Of a stretch of 48,275 nucleotides of DNA, positions 17,287 through 26,128 are shown in pieces. Position numbers and translations under genes: made by a program. A model generated the notes under the pieces. That model saw nothing but the letters and a program-made list of their open reading frames with translations. It was not told the DNA's origin and made no database searches. The stretch covers positions 1-48,275 of the forward strand of contig JAZDLL010000014.1 in NCBI GenBank assembly GCA_043802105.1, given 5' to 3'. Every line of letters starts with the position of its first letter. Position 1 is the first letter of the stretch. This DNA is from Candidatus Omnitrophota bacterium. Its GTDB lineage: Bacteria > Omnitrophota > Gorgyraeia > Gygaellales > Profunditerraquicolaceae.

Positions 17287-17413
17287 GTGTTTTTTTTCCT
17301 AGACTTACTCAAACTTACTTATAGAAATGATAGCGACGAGGAATATAACATGATAGACTATTATAAACTTACTTAGATTATAATAATCTATTAACTAACT
17401 TAATTTTGATATA

Positions 17414-17851
17414 TTAAGGAGTGTAGGTATAAACGGCACTGGCAGTTACCTTTTGAGAACCTTCGAGACCTTGATTTGGAGCAGCAGCAGCGGGGCCATA
17501 GACAGTAATTTTCACACAGTTTATGGAATTAGGCAAGCTGGATTCAGTAATATCGGGTGCGCTACAGTTACATTCTGAGGTCGCGGCAGCTACTTTTTGA
17601 CACATATTTTTTACCACAGAACCATTGGGAAGGGCGGGAATCCAGGCGGCATCATTCTTACGCAGCTTATCCAACGCCAAAAGAATCCCGGCTTTAGCAG
17701 CATACTGAGCCTGGATCCTAGTTACTTGGTGGTGGGTTAAGCGGGCATGCACAGTTGTGACTCTGAGGATGACCGTGCTTAAAATCACCACGACCATGAT
17801 TATCCCTATAACAATAAAAAGTATTATTCCCCTTTTATCGCAGTTAGGCAT
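17414..17851 (-). CDS. PilX N-terminal-domain protein (minor pilin-like)
   Basis: KRGIILFIVIGIIMVVVILSTVILRVTTVHARLTHHQVTRIQAQYAAKAGI follows the PilX_N pattern: a hydrophobic helix followed by a ...A.yaAeAG... segment. Confidence 0.6.
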   Translation of the reverse strand: MPNCDKRGIILFIVIGIIMVVVILSTVILRVTTVHARLTHHQVTRIQAQYAAKAGILLALDKLRKNDAAWIPALPNGSVVKNMCQKVAAATSECNCSAPDITESSLPNSINCVKITVYGPAAAAPNQGLEGSQKVTASAVYTYTP

Positions 17852-18050
17852 CTTTCCTTAAATAAATTCGGTAGTCATTGTTTACTTGCACTAAAACCAC
17901 ATGGCCTTCCCGGGCCAACCAGCCTAAACTCATCAAAATATTCTCAGGAGTACGGTCAATGCCCTTAATTAAATCTTGTAAGTTTACCTCTCCTTTTTGG
18001 TCCAGAAAATGCCAAATTTCCCCTGCAGTAATACCTATTTCAATAATCAT
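17844..18050 (-). CDS. Small winged-helix protein (DUF2582-like)
   Basis: 68 aa. GEIWHFLDQKGEVNLQDLIKGIDRTPENILMSLGWLAREGHV is typical of the small wHTH DUF2582 family. RBS GGAGGGAG is present. It overlaps the PilX-like start by 8 nt. Confidence 0.55.
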   Translation of the reverse strand: MIIEIGITAGEIWHFLDQKGEVNLQDLIKGIDRTPENILMSLGWLAREGHVVLVQVNNDYRIYLRKDA

Positions 18051-18071
18051 AGCTCTCCCTCCATTTAACTC

Positions 18072-18099
18072 ATTTTATAAACATTCGACAATAAGTCAA
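18072..18099 (-). promoter_or_regulatory. Sigma70-like promoter for the wHTH/PilX-like pair
   Basis: The minus strand has TTGACT (18099-18094), a 16-nt spacer and TAAAAT (18077-18072). Confidence 0.45.
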
Positions 18100-18108
18100 C
18101 TAGTTTTT

Positions 18109-18160
18109 TGAGCACCCATAAAAATCCAGCGAAATCCTTGACCGCTTCGCGGTCAAGGAT
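18109..18160 (+). repeat. Family C element, copy C1
   Basis: TGAGCACC-N11-AGCGAAATCC, followed by a perfect 12-bp hairpin ATCCTTGACCGC-TTC-GCGGTCAAGGAT. The same architecture occurs at 41619-41680 (+) and 37183-37240 (-). Confidence 0.6.
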
Positions 18161-18257
18161 CTTTCCTTATACCACATAAAGTAAGAAATTAAGCTTCAAA
18201 AAACAAACCAAAAATTTGGTACAAATTTTTTATGGTTATGAGATGGTACCGTTCCTT

Positions 18258-18284
18258 AGCCTTAACCGCGGAGCGGTCAAGGCT
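18258..18284. repeat. Hairpin related to the C1 stem, overlapping the TPR gene stop codon
   Basis: AGCCTTAACCGC-GGA-GCGGTCAAGGCT has 11 of 12 bp paired. The stem sequence is nearly the same as the C1 hairpin 100 nt away. Confidence 0.5.
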
Positions 18285-20757
18285 ATCTTCCCGAATCAAT
18301 CCCCTCAATTCTCTCCTGAGCAAACCCTGCCTCTGACGCCAAAGGCGCTTTCTCAATAATCCGCTTATAAATCTTTAGCGCTTCTTTAAAATTTTCTTTA
18401 TCTTCATAAATCTTAGCTACCCGTAAAAGAGAACGCGCATATAGCGCTGGGTCTTGAGCGTAAAGATCGGCGGCTAAAAAATACTGCTGGATGGCTGCCT
18501 CCGGCTCCGAGTTAGCTTCCAATACTTCGGCTAAACTAAACCGAAGATCCCCAATCTCTGCGAAAGCCGCCACCCCCAGGCTCTTTAAATAGAATACTTT
18601 TGCCTGCGCATAGTTTCCTACCTTATAATAAGCCTGAGCAATCCGGGGGAAAATCGAGCTGGCTAACTCTGGGGCCTCCGGGATTATTTCATTATACTGC
18701 TCCAAAGCCTCTTCGGGCTTACCCTGGCGGCTATAAATATCCGCCAAAGCTACTGCCGCTTGAATCTTTAAATCCGCCTGGCCGAATTTAATGGCCATTT
18801 TAAAATTATCCACGGCCTGCGTGAATTTATTCTCATCGCTAAAAGTTAAACCCAGGGCATAAAACGCATCCGGGGCCAACTGGCTATTTGAAAAATCTTT
18901 AGTTACGGAACTAAAATACCTGCGCGCAAGATTTAAATCTTTGCTCCGGTAATAATACTGGCCCAGCCACCACATAATATCCGGGGCAAGTTTAGAATCG
19001 GGATATTTAGTCCGCAAGAGTTTGAATCGGCTAACCGCTTCATTCTCCTGGCCCAATTTATAATAACAATCTGCGATCTCATATTCTATCCTTTGTTGCA
19101 ATTCAATATCTAAAGCCTCTCGCTTGGAGATATTTTTAAAAACACCCAGCGCTTCATTAACCTTTCCTAAACTAATCAAAGATGTCCCCAGCATATATAA
19201 AGCCTGGGCGCAAAATGGGCTATCCTTAAATTCATCCTGAAATTTTGTAAAAATTTCACAGCTTCTGACATAATCTGCCTGCTGAAAATATGCCTCCCCT
19301 AAAGCGTACGTAGCGTCCGGGTAAAGCTTAGATTGCGGATATTTTTTTAACATTAACTTAAAAGAAACAACCGCTTGATCATAATCCAATCTTTTTAACT
19401 GCACAGAACCTAGCTGATATTGCGCATTATCGGCGCAAGAGGCATCCGGATATAATTCTAGAACTTTTGCGTAAGCCTCTTGGGCCTTTAGCAATTCGCC
19501 GGCCTCTTCATAAGCCTGGCCGATTTGAAAAAGCCAGTTGATCTTAGCCGCCGGATCATCCCCCTGGCCGGCAAGACGATTAAAAAGATCCCAGCTTAAA
19601 TTAACCTGCCCCTGTTTAATATAAGCTAATCCTAAATTGTAACGCAACTTATCGATTAACTCTGGCGGCACGCCCCCGGGAAGCTTTTCTTGATCAATTT
19701 TATTCAGACCCTCTTTATAAACATTTACTGCCTGGTCGTATTCAGCTAAATTATAAAGGGCATCCGCTTTACCTAAATAAGCCTGAAAAGATATTAAAGG
19801 ATCGTTGCTTAAATCAATCAACTGCTCATACAGTTTTTTGGCCTCGAAAACCCGGTTAGTCGCAGACATGAGCGTCGCCTGGCCCAATAAAAGAATCTCT
19901 AAACTTTTTCTATCTAAAGTTGCGGGTTTTATATCCGCCAGCACCTCCTCGGCTTCTTTATATTTTGCAAGTTTAAGATAACTCCAGCCCAAGCCCAGCT
20001 TAGCTAACGCCTGAACTTTGGGGTCTTTAAAAGCCTGCGCTGACTTAAGATAGTCTTTAGCCGCCTCATCAAGATTATCCAAATAATATTCCGACTCCGC
20101 CAAATAAAAATATAAATAAGGCAAACGTAAAACGTCGTTACCATAAAGCTTAAAAACTGGCTTAATTTTAGATTTTAATTCAGAATATTCTTTGAGATTG
20201 TATAAGCACTCAATTAATTTAAAAGCGGCATCTTTACTTTGTGGCTCCGCAGGGAAATTTTCCATCAAGCTCTTAAAAGCTTCCAGGGCCTGATTAAATT
20301 TACCCAGCTGAGAAAGTGACCAGCCTAAAGAATAATAGGCCGCCGGAACAAAAGATGACTGGGGAAAATTATCAATTAGTTTCTGATAAAACAAAGCTGC
20401 CTTTTCAAAATTATTGCCCTTGAAATGCACCTCCCCCATCCAAAAATAAAGAGCATCCTTAAAATCGCCGGCCTGCGGATTATTGGCCAGAGTTTCAAAA
20501 ATATTTAGTGCCTCCAGGTAGCGGCCCTGATTAAAATAGCACTGGCCGCTGAGCAGGGTGGCCTGCAGGATTTTAGCTGAATCTTTATATTTTTTTTCAA
20601 ATCTCTCCAGCATCCCCAGGCTAACTTCATAGAACCCGTCTTCGTAGGCCTTCTTAGCCATAAAAAGCAGTTCGGTTTCCTTAGGGTCTTCATAAGCTAA
20701 AACCCTAGAGGCAAGGAAAAAGATTAAGATCCCAAAAGCGACAGTTTTTATTTTCAT
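18283..20757 (-). CDS. Large secreted tetratricopeptide-repeat protein
   Basis: 824 aa. Signal peptide MKIKTVAFGILIFFLASRVLA, then many TPR / YbgF-like repeats (A.Y.LG..Y...........F..........YP.S....A). The start overlaps the uvrA stop (ATGA). Confidence 0.8.
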   Translation of the reverse strand: MKIKTVAFGILIFFLASRVLAYEDPKETELLFMAKKAYEDGFYEVSLGMLERFEKKYKDSAKILQATLLSGQCYFNQGRYLEALNIFETLANNPQAGDFKDALYFWMGEVHFKGNNFEKAALFYQKLIDNFPQSSFVPAAYYSLGWSLSQLGKFNQALEAFKSLMENFPAEPQSKDAAFKLIECLYNLKEYSELKSKIKPVFKLYGNDVLRLPYLYFYLAESEYYLDNLDEAAKDYLKSAQAFKDPKVQALAKLGLGWSYLKLAKYKEAEEVLADIKPATLDRKSLEILLLGQATLMSATNRVFEAKKLYEQLIDLSNDPLISFQAYLGKADALYNLAEYDQAVNVYKEGLNKIDQEKLPGGVPPELIDKLRYNLGLAYIKQGQVNLSWDLFNRLAGQGDDPAAKINWLFQIGQAYEEAGELLKAQEAYAKVLELYPDASCADNAQYQLGSVQLKRLDYDQAVVSFKLMLKKYPQSKLYPDATYALGEAYFQQADYVRSCEIFTKFQDEFKDSPFCAQALYMLGTSLISLGKVNEALGVFKNISKREALDIELQQRIEYEIADCYYKLGQENEAVSRFKLLRTKYPDSKLAPDIMWWLGQYYYRSKDLNLARRYFSSVTKDFSNSQLAPDAFYALGLTFSDENKFTQAVDNFKMAIKFGQADLKIQAAVALADIYSRQGKPEEALEQYNEIIPEAPELASSIFPRIAQAYYKVGNYAQAKVFYLKSLGVAAFAEIGDLRFSLAEVLEANSEPEAAIQQYFLAADLYAQDPALYARSLLRVAKIYEDKENFKEALKIYKRIIEKAPLASEAGFAQERIEGIDSGR

Positions 20758-23552
20758 TTATCGATTAAAACTTGTTTAAGAAATTTGGCCGTGTAGGAGG
20801 CCTTGATCTTAATTAATTCTTCCGGGCTACCGGCAGCCACCAAATATCCACCTTTATCTCCCCCCTCGGGGCCTAAATCAATAATATAATCTGCGCACTT
20901 AATCACTTCCAGGTTATGCTCAACCACCACCACCGTATTTTTACGATCCACCAGCCTCTGAAGAACCGCGATCAGCTTAGCCACATCCGCAAAATGCAGG
21001 CCGGTAGTAGGTTCATCTAATAAATAAAGCGTCCTGCCGCTTGAACGTTTACATAGCTCCGAAGAAAGTTTAACCCTTTGCGCCTCTCCGCCGGAAAGAG
21101 TAGTAGCGCTCTGGCCAAGCTGCAGATACCCTAAGCCGACATCGGCTAAATACCCCAGGGTATTCTTTATTTTTGGTATATTATTGAAAAGCTCTAAGGC
21201 CTCTTCTACCGTCAGATTTAAAACATCCGCAATGGATTTGCCTTTATACTTAACCTCTAAGGTCGCCTGATTAAACCGTAAACCTTTACATAAATCGCAT
21301 TTTACATAGACATCCGGAAGAAAATGCATTTCAATTTTTTTTATCCCATCGCCGCCGCAGGCCTCGCAGCGGCCGCCTTTAACATTAAATGAAAATCTCC
21401 CCGGCTGATATCCCCGCAGGCGCGCTTCCGGAAGCTGGGTGAATAAATCCCGGATATGGCCGAATACTCCGGTGTAAGTAACCGGATTAGAACGCGGAGT
21501 CCTGCCGATCGGAGATTGATCAACTACAATTACCTGGTCAATTTCCGCGATACCGCTAATGGAAGAAAAGACTCCGGGTTTTTCTTTAGATTTATAAAGC
21601 CTCTGGGCTAAAGCCGGATAAAGAATATCGCTAATTAATGTGGACTTGCCTGATCCGGATACTCCGGTAACACAGATAAAGGTGCCTAGCGGAAAATTCA
21701 AATCAATATTTTTAAGGTTATGTTCGCTGGCCCCTTTAATTTGAATAGCTTTGCTCAAACGCCAGTTGCGTCGATTAACCGGGGCCGGTATACAAAGATC
21801 TTGACGTAGATATTTTGCCGTTAAGGAATCCTGGTTTTTTAGTAGCTGCGCTTGCTTTCCGGAAAAAATAACTTCCCCTCCATGCCGGCCGGCTCCCGGC
21901 CCTAAGTCTACCACGTAATCCGCAGCCAGGATAGTCGAGGCGTCATGTTCTACCACCACCAAAGTATTGCCCAAATCCCTCAACGCCTTTAAAGTCGCCA
22001 ACAATTTTTCATTATCTCGCTGATGCAAACCAATACTGGGCTCATCCAAAACATACAAAACCCCTACTAAACCCGAGCCCACCTGAGTAGCCAAGCGGAT
22101 CCGCTGCGCTTCTCCTCCGGATAAAGTTGAACTTTTACGGTCTAAAGCCAGATAATCCAATCCCACATTTACGCAAAATTTTAATTTTTGAATTATCTCT
22201 TTTAACGCCTGATAGCTGACTAATTTCTCTTTTTCGGTCAAGGTCAACTGCGAGAAAAAAACCAGCGCTTCTTTGATGGGCATCGCCGTAATTTGGCTGA
22301 TATTTTTTTGATTGATCCTTACCGATAGGCTCTGCGGATTAAGCCTGGTTCCCCGGCACGCCGGACAGGCCAGCGTAGACATAAATTTACTGATCTCTTC
22401 TTTTAAGTAATCGCTATCCGTTTGGCGAAATAACCTTTCTAAATGCGGGATCACTCCTTCAAAAGGCTTGTTGCCGACGACCTGCTTAGTCCCATAAAAA
22501 ATCGCCTTTTGTACAGGCTTGGGCAATTTATTAAACGGGGTATCCAAATCAAACTTTAAACAGTAGCTTAACTCTCTAATAAGCCAACGATAATAAAGAA
22601 TGTAGCCTCGGCCGCCGCGTTTCCAGGGGACCAGGGCTCCACCATTAAGGCTTTTGGTTTTATCCGGAATAATTAAATCCGGGTCAAATTCAAACTTCGT
22701 GCCCAAACCATTACACTCAGAGCAGGCCCCGTAAGGAGAATTAAACGAAAAATTACGCGGCTGAATCTCTGCGTAGTTTATCCCGCAATTTAAGCAAGCA
22801 TACTGCTCGCTAAAGATCAGATCTTTAGCTTTTCCCTGGCTGATGATAATTGTGCCGGAACCTGCGCCCAGAGCAGTTTCAATGGAATCCGTAAGCCGCT
22901 TAACCGCTGGCGGCTTAACCGTTAAGCGGTCAACCACCACCTCAATATTATGAATTTTATATTTGGCTAATTTTATCTCTGCCGGAAGCTCGTAAATTTT
23001 CCCATCTACTCTTGCACGTACAAATCCAGATTTCTGCATCTGCAGAAAAATATCCCGATGCTGGCCTTTTTTCCCTTTAATTAAAGGAGCCAAAATTGCA
23101 ATATCCTGATCAAGATAGTTACTGATAATTGTTTGAACTATCTCTTGAGCGCTTTGGCTCCTGATGGGCTGGCCGCATTTATAGCAATAAACTTTGCCGA
23201 TCCTGGCAAATAACAACCTTAAATAATCATAAATTTCGGTTTGGGTGGCCACCGTAGAGCGGGGATTACCACCCGCAGAACGCTGCTGGATGGCAATCGC
23301 CGGAGACAACCCGGATATAAAATCTACATCCGGCTTCTGCAGCTGCTCCAAGAACTGCCGGGCGTAGCTGGAAAGGCTTTCCACAAATCTACGCTGGCCT
23401 TCGGCATAAAGCGTATCAAACGCCAAACTGGATTTACCTGATCCGGACAAACCGGTGACTACGATTAAATTATTCCTGGGCAGAACCAGATTGATATTTT
23501 TAAGATTGTGTTCGCGGGCTCCGCGAATAATAATCTGCTGTTGATTTTCCAT
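20754..23552 (-). CDS. uvrA: Excinuclease ABC subunit A
   Basis: IIIRGAREHNLKNI..., two ABC ATPase modules (GLSGSGKSSLAFDT and GVSGSGKSTLI), zinc-finger Cys clusters and LSGGEAQR signatures. 932 aa. Confidence 0.97.
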   Translation of the reverse strand: MENQQQIIIRGAREHNLKNINLVLPRNNLIVVTGLSGSGKSSLAFDTLYAEGQRRFVESLSSYARQFLEQLQKPDVDFISGLSPAIAIQQRSAGGNPRSTVATQTEIYDYLRLLFARIGKVYCYKCGQPIRSQSAQEIVQTIISNYLDQDIAILAPLIKGKKGQHRDIFLQMQKSGFVRARVDGKIYELPAEIKLAKYKIHNIEVVVDRLTVKPPAVKRLTDSIETALGAGSGTIIISQGKAKDLIFSEQYACLNCGINYAEIQPRNFSFNSPYGACSECNGLGTKFEFDPDLIIPDKTKSLNGGALVPWKRGGRGYILYYRWLIRELSYCLKFDLDTPFNKLPKPVQKAIFYGTKQVVGNKPFEGVIPHLERLFRQTDSDYLKEEISKFMSTLACPACRGTRLNPQSLSVRINQKNISQITAMPIKEALVFFSQLTLTEKEKLVSYQALKEIIQKLKFCVNVGLDYLALDRKSSTLSGGEAQRIRLATQVGSGLVGVLYVLDEPSIGLHQRDNEKLLATLKALRDLGNTLVVVEHDASTILAADYVVDLGPGAGRHGGEVIFSGKQAQLLKNQDSLTAKYLRQDLCIPAPVNRRNWRLSKAIQIKGASEHNLKNIDLNFPLGTFICVTGVSGSGKSTLISDILYPALAQRLYKSKEKPGVFSSISGIAEIDQVIVVDQSPIGRTPRSNPVTYTGVFGHIRDLFTQLPEARLRGYQPGRFSFNVKGGRCEACGGDGIKKIEMHFLPDVYVKCDLCKGLRFNQATLEVKYKGKSIADVLNLTVEEALELFNNIPKIKNTLGYLADVGLGYLQLGQSATTLSGGEAQRVKLSSELCKRSSGRTLYLLDEPTTGLHFADVAKLIAVLQRLVDRKNTVVVVEHNLEVIKCADYIIDLGPEGGDKGGYLVAAGSPEELIKIKASYTAKFLKQVLIDK

Positions 23553-23561
23553 TTTTAGCTA

Positions 23562-23648
23562 CGAGGAAACATTGGCGCAATTTGCGCTACCTAGCGCACG
23601 CCAACGTAATTCCTTTCGGCGTTGGGCGCTATTAAGCGCCAGGTGTCT
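23562..23648 (+). repeat. Family A element, copy A1 (orientation given for the consensus as written on the plus strand)
   Basis: The base stem CATTGGCGC / GCGCCAGGTG, with a bulged G, encloses two inner hairpins (GCGCAATTTGCGC and TAGCGC..CCAACG/CGTTGG..GCGCTA). It is homologous to the ACACCGGCGCAATT...AGCGCCGGGTGCC elements at 35951-35986 and 47917-48000. Confidence 0.55.
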
Positions 23649-24866
23649 TTAGTTAAAATGCGGTATAATATTCCAGAAGGATAGAAGGCCAAAACTTACC
23701 GGGTCATAGACTCCTGCCCAAACAAAAATTCTTATAAAATTCACCAATTCCATAACGCAAATAAGCATAACTACGGCCAAGGCAAATGTAAACGCGGAAT
23801 ACTTGCTGCGGACAGAATGAACGCTTAAGATAGCCATCGCCGTAAAAATGCGCAGCGGATAATCAATCACACTAACGTACCGAAGGTTCTTGGAGAAGAA
23901 AGAAAAGGTAAAAATCGTGAAAATTATAAATAACGCCAGCGCTAAATCCTCTTTCTTGGTTTTATGGATTAAAACATATAGGATATAATAAATACCCAAG
24001 ATCATCACCCACGGGGAGACCAGAATAAAATCTATCAAATAACGAAACCACGGCCCGGACTGAAATTGCAACACATAGCTATGGGATCCAGCGGAGGGCA
24101 GGAAAAAAAGAGCCTTAAAGATATCTGCGATATTTCCGAATAGAAATTTATAAATAATAAAAATCGCACCCACCGGTACAGCATAGATGACTACCCAAGA
24201 CTTTATCAGTTGCCGGAAGCCTTTTTCGGGTAGAAACGCCAGCGAAGAAACGGCCAGCGGAAAGATAAATAAAATATTGGTTTCTCTAAACGCCAGCGCC
24301 AACAGCAAAACTGCTGCCAAAGACCATTTTTTCCAACGCCGGCAACCTGAAGTAAAATAATCGATTTGCCACAAAACTGCCGTCAATAACAAAAAATTCG
24401 AAGCGCTATCCGAAAGCGCCCTGCGGGAAAGAGCCAGGGCTAGGGGTGATGATAAAAAAAACAGCCCTGCCAAAAAAGCTACATCCCGGCCAAAAACCTT
24501 GCGGGAAAGCCAGTAAGTAAAAAATACCGCGCAAAAAAAAGAAAACAGAGAAAGGAAGGCAATCGAGATAAAAGAAAAACCGAATAGCCGGCAAAAAAAC
24601 GCTCCGCAGATAATAAACCCGCAGCGCACCGGAACCGGGAACCCCCAATAGTTACTATCGGCAATATAGGTAACCAGAAGATCCTTAAAAGCCGGCAGCC
24701 CTTTATCCAGCACTTCTTTGGTATAACGTAAATAACACCCTTCATCTGCTCCGGGTAAAAAAACAATCGATGAGAAAGAAGTGATAATTAACCAAGCGAT
24801 CATCGCGGCAAAAATTATCAGGATTGCCTCTCTGAGGAATTTAGTTTTCATGCCAAAAATCATCAT
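23649..24866 (-). CDS. Polytopic membrane protein, GT-C fold glycosyltransferase family 39 / ArnT-like (tentative)
   Basis: 405 aa with roughly 10 or more TM helices. An N-terminal loop with GADEGCYL after TM1 resembles the acidic-loop motif of PMT/ArnT-type enzymes. Confidence 0.5.
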   Translation of the reverse strand: MMIFGMKTKFLREAILIIFAAMIAWLIITSFSSIVFLPGADEGCYLRYTKEVLDKGLPAFKDLLVTYIADSNYWGFPVPVRCGFIICGAFFCRLFGFSFISIAFLSLFSFFCAVFFTYWLSRKVFGRDVAFLAGLFFLSSPLALALSRRALSDSASNFLLLTAVLWQIDYFTSGCRRWKKWSLAAVLLLALAFRETNILFIFPLAVSSLAFLPEKGFRQLIKSWVVIYAVPVGAIFIIYKFLFGNIADIFKALFFLPSAGSHSYVLQFQSGPWFRYLIDFILVSPWVMILGIYYILYVLIHKTKKEDLALALFIIFTIFTFSFFSKNLRYVSVIDYPLRIFTAMAILSVHSVRSKYSAFTFALAVVMLICVMELVNFIRIFVWAGVYDPVSFGLLSFWNIIPHFN

Positions 24867-24932
24867 TTTTGCGCCGGGGTTATTTTCGCTTAAACTTTAT
24901 TTTTTTACTCTATAAGAATGGAGTATTATAAC

Positions 24933-24982
24933 AAAAAAATTAACCCCTGTAAACATAGCAATACCATGCCTACAGGGGTTAA
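24933..24982 (-). terminator. Rho-independent terminator after the Lys-rich small gene
   Basis: The minus strand has a 12-bp stem TTAACCCCTGTA / TACAGGGGTTAA with a 19-nt loop, followed by TTTTTTT. Confidence 0.6.
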
Positions 24983-24998
24983 TTTTTAATCAGCAGCG

Positions 24999-25250
24999 TT
25001 ATTTCTTTTTCTTTTTTCCGCCTCTTTTCATCTTGGCGCAAGAAACATCGCCCTTTTTATCCAAGAAATAAAGGTATCCGACTTTCCTTTTGATACCGCA
25101 CTTGGCTACTTTCTTGGGGCTACCTCCCTTTTTCGCACCTCTTGCCATTTTAGCGCAAGAGACATCGCCCTGCTTGTCAATATAATAGAGGAACCCTTTT
25201 TCTCTCTTGACTCCTACCTTCAGTACTTTATCTGCCATTTTTTGATTCAC
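24999..25250 (-). CDS. Small lysine-rich protein built from two tandem ~38-aa repeats
   Basis: KVGVKREKGFLYYIDKQGDVSCAKMARGAKKGG is repeated as KCGIKRKVGYLYFLDKKGDVSCAKMKRGGKKKKK. RBS AAAGGGGG is present and a terminator follows. Confidence 0.6.
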   Translation of the reverse strand: MNQKMADKVLKVGVKREKGFLYYIDKQGDVSCAKMARGAKKGGSPKKVAKCGIKRKVGYLYFLDKKGDVSCAKMKRGGKKKKK

Positions 25251-25279
25251 CCCCTTTCTTTGTGTTTAATTTTATTTAA

Positions 25280-26128
25280 TTACGTTCCGATTTTTATCGG
25301 CTGCAAAATTTGCTTCAAAGTCGCAATTGCCGAAAGCACCGCTAAATAAGAAGTTTTAGGATTCTGCGGGTGCAAAATATTTTCGGTACGCGTAAAAATC
25401 TTAGCCGCCTTAGATTCAATTAGTATTTCATGAATATTTTTGGAAACGCTGGGGCTGGCGATGATCCGGACTTTGGTTTTCTCCATGCCAATACCGGCTA
25501 ACCCTAGAACCGCAGCCACATTAATATTCTGCGGAAAATATTTTACTGCCCGGGCAGCCGTTCCCAAGAACAAAACCTTATCTTTTTTTAAACCGGCAAG
25601 GTTAAAATTCTTTTCCACATATTCAACCCCGCTAAATGAATTCGGGTGCTTGCGCGTAGTCAAAACTATCCTTTGCACCCCGGCGATATTGGCCGCTTTT
25701 AAACCATCAATCCCGGCAATCGCTCCGCTGGGAAAATACGCTTGCGCATTATGCTTAGCGGCTAATAAAAATAACTGATCCAAGTGGCCAACCATCCCCC
25801 CTACGCTCATCACCATCACTTTGCGGCCGCCAGTCAAAGATTTACGCGCAATCTCCCAAGCAGCTTTGGCGCAAGAGGCCTCAATTACCAGATCAGATTT
25901 TTTAATTAAAGCCTCTAAATTATTTACACAAAATTTAGTACTCCCGGTTAATCGTTTAGAAAGTAACTGCGACTTTTCTGGTTTAATATCATAAAGAGCG
26001 GCTAAACAAGCAGAACCGCGCAAACCCACCACGATCTCTTTAGCCAGAGAACTACCGATTGCCCCGCAACCGACAATGCCAATTTTAAGTTTCGTATTTT
26101 TAACCACCGGCAATCTCCAAATTATCAA
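25280..26128 (-). CDS. nadX: L-aspartate dehydrogenase-like (NadX family) oxidoreductase
   Basis: Rossmann motif KIGIVGCGAIGSSLAKEI and a DUF108-like block (FPSGAIAGIDGLKAA). The start is more likely GTG at 26107, preceded by GGAGA and overlapping the panC stop by 8 nt. Confidence 0.6.
   Translation of the reverse strand: MIIWRLPVVKNTKLKIGIVGCGAIGSSLAKEIVVGLRGSACLAALYDIKPEKSQLLSKRLTGSTKFCVNNLEALIKKSDLVIEASCAKAAWEIARKSLTGGRKVMVMSVGGMVGHLDQLFLLAAKHNAQAYFPSGAIAGIDGLKAANIAGVQRIVLTTRKHPNSFSGVEYVEKNFNLAGLKKDKVLFLGTAARAVKYFPQNINVAAVLGLAGIGMEKTKVRIIASPSVSKNIHEILIESKAAKIFTRTENILHPQNPKTSYLAVLSAIATLKQILQPIKIGT

Noticed and set aside
24406-24766. Two alternative-frame minus-strand ORFs (80 and 95 aa) inside the GT39-like gene. 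Similar nested ORFs occur in other genes (8282-8515, 8528-8773, 10053-10253, 20505-20693, 21341-21523, 29709-29912, 45468-45653, 46062-46253).
   Set aside because: They are fully embedded out of frame in longer ORFs with clear family signatures and have no independent RBS or homology.
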